Positions 54,570 to 64,000 of a DNA stretch of 64,000 nucleotides are shown piece after piece; positions within the stretch are counted from its first letter, which is position 1; the number at the start of each line of letters is the position of its first letter. Origin of the DNA: Spironucleus salmonicida. Lineage: Eukaryota. Made by a program: the position numbers and the translations under genes. The DNA is taken from assembly GCF_000497125.1 (NCBI RefSeq), contig NC_090601.1:1426001-1490000 (forward strand), written 5' to 3'. The notes beneath the pieces were generated by a model, which was given only the letters and a program-made list of their open reading frames with translations, did not search any database and was not told the origin of the DNA.

Positions 54570-56039
54570 TCACTCCTTCACGAACCCACCGCCGCAGCCA
54601 CAGCCGGTGATGAACACGCAGTCTTCCATTTTCGTCTCACCTTTTGCCTGGTAAAATGCAACCATTTTTTTCATGAATTCATCTTTCTGCTCCTCTTTGA
54701 GCAGAGCAACTGCAAAACCGCCGAGGCCGGCGCCGGTGAGCCTGGCACCAAAGGCACCGCATTTCCTACTCTCTGCGATGACCTCGTTCAGCTCAGCGCA
54801 GGAACACTCGTAGAGCGAGTCGCAGGAGGTCTGGGAGTCGTTTATGAGCGTCGCCAAGTCGCCAATCAGGTCCTTCGACTTAGCCTGGTTTTTGAGTAAA
54901 AGTTCAAACTTCTGCGCTCTGTCTGCCTCGGAATAGACGTGCTAGAGGCGCTTTTTAATGACCAGAACATGCTCGGGTTTCACGTTTTCGTAGCGGCCCA
55001 AAAGCGAGTTTTCGACAATTTTGGTGCAGAAAAGGTCCTTAACGAGCTGCTCGACGCTACTGTAGCCTAGAATGTCCTTTAGCTCAGCCAGGGTGCATTT
55101 TTCAGGCAACTTTTCGCAAAATTCGAGCATCTCGCTGGGTGACCCTTTTTAGTATAATTATTATATGTCCAAACACATATCTATTTTTTCTCTACCTTTA
55201 ACGCATGTGACGTACTTTGTACCGCTTTTCAAGCTCCTTAAGATAGCGCATCCAGCGCGGCACTCAGCCACTCTCTAGTTATAGAAGTTAGCGGCCGAAT
55301 TGGCTTTCTTGCTATCCTTCAGTGAGTTCATGCACGCAACGAGTACGCCATCTACGAATTTCTCGCTTTTGACGTCCAATTTCGGCACGAAATTGATAAC
55401 TGAAATCTGCCCTTTTACGGCATTCAGCGAAATGGCCTAGTCCATGCCACCGCCTTCGATGGCAACCAGGCTCTCGCTTTTTGCGACAATCGCAGCCAGG
55501 CGGTTTTTGTCAATTTCCTCACCGATAAAGGAGAGGAAAGCCAGGGCTGCGCAGCATGTAAGAGCCGACGATGAGGACAATCCGGAGCCCAAAGGCACGT
55601 TCCCGGTGCCGATTAGCGTGATCTGGGACGACTCAAAAGTGTTGGGAAGGAAGATTTTCCGCTCCTCGCAATACACCGAAGCAGCGTGGAAACCGGCGCG
55701 AACGTACATGGACCAGGCATCATTCGGAACTGCAATTTTCGTGGGGGCAACTTTGTAGTCGAAATCGTCTGCCTTGAAGAGCTGCTCTTCGATGTGGCGC
55801 AGCTGGACGTGCTGGCGGCCCTTGTCCTTGCAAACGGCGAAGATGAAGTCGTTTTCGAGAGCGATTGGCGACACCTGGTAACCATTGTAGTCTGTGTGCT
55901 CGGAAATGATGTTTACACGCCCGGGGGAGCGTGCAAAAGTTGCAATCGTGAGATTGTGCGTTTGTGCATATGTTTTGAGGGCCTGGTAGCGCTCAAACGC
56001 TTCTTTTGGAGCCGTATAGATCTCATTTATCTTTTTCAT
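54570..56039 (-). CDS. galK: Galactokinase/GalNAc kinase (GHMP family)
   Basis: PGRVNIISEHTDY, PLGSGLSSSSA, GGGMDQAIS (Gln encoded by TAG), GARLTGAGLGG. Confidence 0.93.
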
Positions 56040-56327
56040 TAGATTTGATGAAGTGGTGAAAATAATCAGGCCTAAAATGTCGTTTAAATATGCAGTTAGT
56101 TACTGAAAACGAAATCTGCAAAAATAGGTTATTATAAGTTTAATAATAGGACATTAAATTTTGTGAAACGAGTTTAAGTCCAAATTCAAATTCAATGAAC
56201 CACCGATTTCCGATTTTGCTTTAAAAACCTATTTTAAACCTATTTTTACAAATTTTTATATTAATATTATATGATAATTAATACAAAATCGCTCCTTTCC
56301 ACTCCAAAAACCCCACAATTAAATTCA

Positions 56328-57077
56328 TCACTCGCAGGGGTACTTGCCCTCGCTCAAATCGCAGTACGCCCTGAAAACGAGCCCGTGTTCGAGCATGAAA
56401 GGGTTAATATTGCCCTGAACTTCCTGGATCCTCTGGGCCTGCTGCAGCTGCAGCTCCGTGGGGGCGAAGAGCAGGTCCCACTCGATCATGTCATCGACGC
56501 GCGAAAAGGTCTGTCCCAGGGAGTGGAACTCGGCCGGGTACTTCGTGTAGAAGTAGGCGACCGCCCTCGCCGAGTCGCCTTTCTGGGCGTCTCTGGGCTC
56601 GAACGTGTGCTTCGTGCTCAGCGTAGACCAGTTTTCCAGATCCACGGGACGTGCGGTATTGATTTGGTAGTCATTTCCGTAATAAGCCTTCACCTCGGAG
56701 GCCTCTACGTACGAAAATGGGTAGTTAGATCTAGCGCCGTTTGACTTGGACCAGGCAGGCCGGAGGTGGTAAAGGTCACCTTTCATGGGCTCCTTCTTGT
56801 CGAAAAATGACTGCGGTACGGTGTGCTCGCAATTCAGGTCTCCAGCCTTATTGCAGGATGTGTCCATCTAGTCATATTTGCAGGGCATTTTGAGGCCTGT
56901 GTAGCACCCGTAGAGGGCGTTCTCTTTGGGGTCGTTCATGACGTATCCATAAAGTTCTTCACGGCCGCGGTTGTAGCCCAGCTGCTTATACCCTACGCTT
57001 GCTATCTTGTTGAGCTACTCCCTGAGCGTGGCTCCGGTTGATCCTGGGAAGTATTCCTGGAGGACCAGAATCATCAT
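56328..57077 (-). CDS. Secreted endonuclease I/extracellular nuclease (bacterial EndA/Bsn-like)
   Basis: LNCEHTVPQS, DLYHLRP, NGARSNYPF, KGDSARA, QGNINPF; short hydrophobic leader. Confidence 0.9.
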
Positions 57078-58065
57078 TTTATAATAAATCAAAAATTTTA
57101 ATTTGAATATTAATGTAAACAGGTCAAACTTAAAAACTCTTAATATAAGTGTCCTGTGGTTTATTAATCATATTAATAAAAAATTGCGTATAATATTTCA
57201 TATATGGAAATATAATAGTATTTTATAACTTATTTTAGTAAATTGCTTGAATAATATTAAACATTATATAATAAAATTGAAATAATAGGAAATTGGAAAC
57301 TAGATATTTTTTCATTATAATATAGCATTTATATTCATATTAGCAAAATCTATTAAAATAAACTGAGTCTATGCACATTTTAGTTATTTTACCCTACTAC
57401 TATTTTATCACCGCCTGTATTCAATGTCATTTTGTATATATTATTATTATTATTATATTTAATTGGAACTGTCAGTTTCAGTAAATATTTAATTACTAGT
57501 TAATAAACTATCAAAATTAAACCTTACTCACTATTAATATATAATAGAGTAAATAATTATTATTTTAGTAAATAATAATAAATAGCCATGTTACTCATAA
57601 ATCTAAAAATTGATGTAAATATATTATAAACATCGCTATACTTCCATAATACTTATTCGTAGCATACAGATAATGGATCTATCTATAAATTATTTGTTTT
57701 CGTTCTGCTTGTAATAAAATTATTGTTAATCGTAGTTCAATAAGTTTTACAACTCAGCATGCATTCAAACTAATCAGATTTGGTCTTTTTCTTCTAAATT
57801 ATATACAACACATAAGTATATACATATTTATTATTCAAATCACTTAATTAATATATTAACGAATTTTCACAAATCTATTTTAAATCAGATTAAATAATAG
57901 TCACTTAACTATATTACATATGACACATATTATAGGTAAAATATATTCAGAATAAATATTAATTATGAATTCTCGGTTTAATTAAGATCATCATATGAAA
58001 TACCATATTATTTTAAAAGCATTAAATAATATTATAATATTAAATTCACACGTTGCACTCCATTA

Positions 58066-59289
58066 ATGCGAGAAATTGTCTCAATAAACAAATTTTTTCT
58101 TACTATTAAAGCTCCTTGCGTAATTATAATACTTATTATAAATTCTATCTCATTTTTAGGAGATTCATTAATGACTCCTCCTAGATATCCCAAATATTCT
58201 CTTTTTACTTATCCTTTATTATTAGACATTATAAGATTGATAAAATATAAACCTGAGATAATTCTATAAGTTTTTATTGGATATAATTTACATTCAGTGC
58301 TGGCACCAAAAATATCATTGTTTTTAGATCTTTACTTTATATTGATAATTACATTTATAACGTTATCTGCATAATATTATTTTTCCTTTTTCTTGGCAAT
58401 TTTCATGGATTTAATGCCAGAAGATTAGTTTTTTATATCCTTATTTTAGTTGGAAAATCTTGTTCCTCGTAATTTTACCTTCTTTTCATTAGATTTTTGC
58501 TGTGCAAACTTATAGATAAATATTATTGGTACTTTTATATACTATTTTTCATAAAAGTCAAAAAACAGGTCGAATTTCATGCTTAAAATTGCTTGCCTAT
58601 GTTTTATTATTAAATTTTTTATTAGATATGATTTACCATTTTATACAATAGGTTGCACTGGAAATTTGCTTATAGGAATGGTTGCAGCGGAATCTTAACA
58701 ACCGTATAACACTGATTATACTTCATAAATTAATACTATTATCTCTCCATATAAAAATATTTATATATCTTGTTTTGGTGGCATTATTGAATCTAAATTT
58801 AGATCTATTTATTGTAGTTTACTTTTATTATTACCATTTTTTGTGTAATTTGGAGCATATTACAGTTCCGGTAAAATATAATAATTTATTGATAGTTTAA
58901 GTTAAGTATTGACCGCTATTTGCTTCTCAACTATTATTTGCTTTTTTAATTAAACTAAAGAATAATAGTAAAAACCACTTAACATATTTTTGTAAACTAT
59001 GAGAAAAATTGACCGCGCCCTTATATTAGTTTAGCAACCTATTTATACTTTTGTTTTGTTTAAATTTAGGGTAGTATAGTTAGGACCTTATAATACTACA
59101 ATTATGTTATTGTTATATGTTGGAGTTTTAGGAATTACTGTGATTACTGGATATGTAACTTCGTGGTTATTGGAAGACGTTGTTTTTAAAGCAAATATAT
59201 TCTTAATGAAAAAATAGCTTAAACTGAAATAAGATTATTTAATTCATTTAGCCTTGAGTAAAACAAGTCATAAATCCGTTGAAAGCTGA
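58066..59289 (+). CDS. Polytopic membrane protein (possibly acyltransferase-3-like)
   Basis: 407-aa hydrophobic ORF under table 6; the family assignment is tentative. Confidence 0.5.
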
Positions 59290-61165
59290 ATATATTCACA
59301 TGATTGAAGTACGAATTATTATTCACTAAATAAACTATTACTAGTTCATAAGCTTGAAATTAATACTCTCTTGCTTCTTTTCTAGATATACTTTCTAAAT
59401 AATATTTTTATGCACTTTTAACAGAACATCATCAAAAAGCCAGCCTAGAAAACAACCCGTTAAGACTGTAGTAAATATAACCCCTGTATATAGCATAAGA
59501 TATATCATATGGTTATATGGGCCAAGTTATACTAATTTAAATTTCCTAATTAAATAACTATATAAAGGTTGCTAAACTAAAAAAATTGATCGATCAATTT
59601 CTCTTAAAACTCTAAATAACTAACTGATTTATTCGTCTTCTTTATAAGCAACTCGAAAGCATAGTATTGTTGAATAAAGAATAGCTGTAATTACCTCAGA
59701 TATTGAATCTAAAATTATAATAACTTATCCTTAAAGACACTAATAAGACAATGAAAATGTAAAAGGTAAAATTAGAAAACAACAAAGCCAAATATTATTA
59801 AATCTGCTTGAAGTTAGTCTGTTCAGATATTTTCTATAAACATTATCATACTATGCAATTCTTTAATTTTCTAAGGATAATTAGTCTGTATTAAATGGAA
59901 ACATAGCCTCTGAAGCAGTAAAACCTATCATAAAATTACCTAAACAATAAATTGGGTTGAGAGGATACTTTTTGAATTAGATAGATAATAAAATTTTACA
60001 AACAAACGAAAATCCAGCAATTTTTAAAAAGTAATGAACTTTGTTCTTTTTATTTCGCTGTAAATAATAAATAATGGTTGCTAATAAAATTTATTGTAAA
60101 TTACTACTATACAACTCTAATGAAAATAAATAAGAAAATTTAGGTGCAAGATTTTCTGAAATTAGCACAGAATACTTAAAATAATTATAAGGCATGATGT
60201 TAAGAAATACAGAGGTTAAAACTATAAAGTAATATTACACAGCCAATGCACTAAATGCCATAATAACTAAATAGATTAAATCATAAACAGTCGATAATTT
60301 ATTCGCTACACTTTAATGAAATCTGATACCTATAAATACTTATAGAATAATTTCTAATTTATAACCTAATATATTATATAAAGTAGTAAAGAATGGAAGC
60401 TTAAAAAAAGAAAGATTAGGTAATCTAGGTTAGGTCATTAAAGATGTCCCTAAAAATATTATACAGTATTTTAATAGCAAGCATGATGCAATAGGAATCT
60501 TAATTGATAATAAGAATTTATTCGGTAGCACCAACTCTTTCATTTTTACATGACAGTAGTTAAATATTATATAGCAAAAATTATGCTAAAGATATTATAA
60601 TTATCAATTGTTTTAGTTGATAATAATATAATTTATTTTTATCATAATAATATTATGATTAAGCAAAGTACAAAACTGAAAAATTAATAATCAATTTATT
60701 ATAATTATATCGTAAATAGAATAATATTTTTAACTGTAGATGTAGAATTGTTATGAAATGTTACTACAATAATTCAATTTATATGTAATCTTTTTATGTT
60801 TACATTACCCAAAGTAAAACATGTATAAACATACTATTTCAATATTTAAATATAGTAGAATATCCTAAAATCAAACTAATCACATAAATTCACCAATTTA
60901 ATATTATGATATATACATCAACTCTGTTCATTCACCATTTGTTTATGATTTATTTAATTTTTATCATTATTATCTTATAAATAGTATTGAACTTTGCTTT
61001 AAGCTTCTTGGGTTTAACTAAAACTATCTGCTTTCGTTATCTTTAGATCACTAATATAGATTTGATATAAAGTTATTAAACTCACTGATACAATGATATA
61101 AATGCGTAGCCAAAACTCGTTAAGCATAATAATGAATGGATGTGAGATGTAAAATTAAACTGTGC

Positions 61166-62677
61166 TCACAGTCCCCGTTTCTTGGTTTAAAATTTTCCTT
61201 TTTATTATCTTTCTCTCCATTAGTCAGTTTTACCGTTTCTTCTTTAGGATACTTCATCCATTCTTTAAAGCCTGTTGGCATCTCTCATTTTTTAAGTTTT
61301 TCGTCTTCGAGCAGCATCAATTTCTGCATCCATTTCATCGATTTTAGAGTGTAGTAACTTCGATGTAAGTTCCTTCCTATCCATTAACTCGTCTTTTACA
61401 AATCTGCACTTCGTAGGTACCTATGTAGTGATCTCAACTTCTGGATTTTTTGCTTTAATTTTCTCTTCAAATAAGTTGGAATTATCAACATCATGTATTT
61501 TTACACCCTAGATGCTAATTTCACAAGCAATTTCTTCGTAAATTAACATTACTGCTTCATCAAGCTTAATGTCGTTGAAATTCACCTTTTAAACTATCTC
61601 ATCATCCCTAACTTACCACCCATTGCTATAGCAATAGCAGAAATAATGCCCATAACCCAAACTAACCCCAGAATGACAAATAACGGCTTTTAGCTAATGT
61701 GTGCTCTTCCCCTGTTTAGAACTCAAGCTACTGACAACCATTTAGGCTAAATTCTGACCCTGTCCACCTTCACTCATCGTCTTAATGCTCACTTCGTCAA
61801 TCCCATTAGTTAAGTTAATTTTTTCTGGAATTTCAATATTCTTATTGACTTTCTAGCCTAATTCGTTCCATCTCTGGAGTTGAATAATAAAGGAGCTGCT
61901 TGCTTGAATAATTTTTTAGTATTTAAAAATCGTAGCATCTTTCCCGCAAAATTCGCAGTTGTAGCCAGTTATTTCAACTGGTTTTAAAAATTCTTAAAAT
62001 GACCTTTTTAGTGTTTTACTAATTGGTAAAAGTTAACTTCTACTAATATAATGCTAATTTTTAGTTCCTTTACAACGTTGGCAAACAATTTTGCTCTCAA
62101 TAACGCAACCAAAAAGTTGCTCGATAGCAGTTGTTTAGTTGCTTTAGGGTTAATTTGCACTTTCTACTTCTTTAAAATGGAAGGCATCTATTACTCGCAG
62201 CAATAGTTCGGTTGCATCAGATTATTGGAGTGGTGACATATCAAATAGTTTTAAATTTGCATAGAAAAGTTGCGGTAAAATAACTTTTTATTTCGAATTT
62301 TGAAGAGTAGTTAATGAGGAAAGAAGTGGTGATTTTGTGGCAGTTTAGAAATAATCTGATGATATAAGAGACCGAAAACGGCGGAGCGAAAATAAAGCTT
62401 AGAGTACCGTGTTGGCATAGCAAGAAGCACCAGTATTTTGGAAACCGAATTGTGGATGTGCTTTATGAGTTGAAATAACATTTTTGAATGATGAAGGATC
62501 AATAATATAAAATGCGTGTTTAAGAGTAGACTCTGTTATTGTATGTTTTGGGATCTTATATAAACCTTCCTATTGAAAATTTGTTAAGTCGTCCCCGATA
62601 TAACGCTCAACGAATTTGAGAGTACGTAAAGGTTGGTTAGATTACAGACGTTGTAGTGGAACCAAAATGTTTTCCAT
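61166..62677 (-). CDS. Ubiquitin-specific protease (USP family)
   Basis: Cys box GFQNTGASCYANTVLQAL (last Gln encoded by TAA), His box HSGVSLGYGHY...DDE and basic tail. Confidence 0.9.
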
Positions 62678-62832
62678 TTGTGAAGTGGACGTTGGAATGA
62701 AAGAATACATTATTATTATATAAATATTTATTATAATAAGTCAATAGAGTGTTGATAAAATTAATGCTATTATATTTGATATTACTGGTATCTATATAAA
62801 TTGATTAAATTATGCTTAAGTAAAAGAATAAA

Positions 62833-62915
62833 TACTAACCGCGGGATTCGAACCCGCGAGGACTACTGTCCATTACGACCTGAACGTAACGCCTTAACCT
62901 CTCGGCCAGATTAGC
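62833..62915 (-). tRNA. trnL-CAG: tRNA-Leu(CAG)
   Basis: Acceptor GCTAATC/GGTTAGT, anticodon arm TTACG-TT CAG GT-CGTAA, long variable arm, T arm GCGGG-TTCGAAT-CCCGC, discriminator A. Confidence 0.93.
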
Positions 62916-64000
62916 TATAATTAAATATTAAATTATACACTATATATAAATACTTAGCTATAGGAATTATTAGAAACCTCACTAAAATATCACAAATATT
63001 CAGTATCAAAGTCATTTACTATCTCTATCTTATTTGAAGTATCTCTTAATCCAATTTTCTTTTTACCTTATTAAGTGGGAGATGGGCAATACGATTGCCT
63101 TTCAGCAGTTTTTTCTTAGTTGAAATACTTCATTTTTGAAATAAATTTTTATAAAGACAATATATTTTTAATATATATACACTTCTGAAATACTACGATT
63201 ATTTGTATATTGTAATTATGTTAATAATAAATATATTAGATCTAGTAATGAAAAGCGAATATTATTTACATAAATAGAATAACTAAATTATTTATATCAG
63301 TTTTTATGAAAATTTATGATAAATCCATAGGAAGTTAGTTACACTGCTGAAAATTCTATAAATAAACATAATGTTGAAAAGTCTGACAACATATTTACCA
63401 TAAAATTGATCATATCCAAATATTAGATTTAAATAATTCAAGCAAAATAATGTGCTATATGTTAAAATTTAACTATCGTAATAATAGTAATTAACTTCTG
63501 ATATTTTTATCGTTATTTGTTTTCGTATTGTTTGATATTTTTTAATCAACTTTCCATAATATCATTAATACCTTTTAATAAAGTATACATTTACACAAAA
63601 ATGCTACTTTCTATACTTTAGACATACACAATTATCACAACAAAAGGTATTGATAATTTTATCAAAATCAATTAAGAACATGCTTTAAATCAACTAATTA
63701 ATACAAATATTATTCCAGATATTGAAATCCCACTTTTAGGCTTCAAAATACTTCTCAAGAATGTTAGACTAGTTAATGTCCAGGCAGGTGATATTTCTAC
63801 ATTTTTAGATCACAATAAGTAATAAATATCATTAAAAATGTCAAAAATAGCCATGGAGCTCACCTTTGAGTTTTAATTAACCTAATAATCTTTCCCATAT
63901 TCATCAGATATGGGAACAGGGTAAATTATCTTAGAAAAAGTTAGTGCATCAATTATTGGAGTATTTAACGAGTTATTTACTGTTTCTCCAGTTTCACTTA

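Noticed and set aside
57080-58060. Long AT-rich spacers (also 21400-22200, 29450-30200, 32950-33700, 46500-47190) as ncRNA or mobile-element candidates
   Set aside because: No terminal repeats, arrays or structured-RNA motifs are visible by eye; an Infernal/Rfam scan would be needed.
59300-60560. Plus-strand open stretches after the membrane protein gene
   Set aside because: No recognisable motif or consistent frame, so a gene call cannot be supported.
1-64000. Mass pseudogenisation suggested by many in-frame TAA/TAG codons
   Set aside because: The codons fall on conserved Gln positions, no frameshifts were found, and a UUA tRNA is present.
63810-64000. Possible 3' end of a minus-strand CDS at the window edge
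   Set aside because: It is short, truncated and has no motif.

Overview
Gene-dense, apparently intronless, AT-rich eukaryotic DNA that uses translation table 6: TAA and TAG encode Gln and TGA is the only stop. The supplied standard-code ORF track therefore fragments nearly every gene. The code, a Giardia-type guanine phosphoribosyltransferase, a CXXC cysteine-rich membrane protein, bacterial-type metabolic genes and very short intergenic spacers point to a hexamitine diplomonad, probably Spironucleus-like (inference). Re-reading by hand with table 6 gives about 54 CDSs and two tRNAs. One tRNA has a Gln-type body with a UUA anticodon, which is the decoder for the reassigned codon. Other observations: stop codons embedded in AGTGA in 26 of about 54 genes; a CCACT promoter motif; five myristoylation-motif microproteins; a miniaturised, probably catalytically dead pyruvate-kinase-like protein; a 156-aa two-domain E2F; a PP2A-like phosphatase with an altered toxin-binding loop; four SHIPPO-repeat genes; and sharp GC islands. 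Coordinates come from manual translation, and the interiors of the longest ORFs were only spot-checked.
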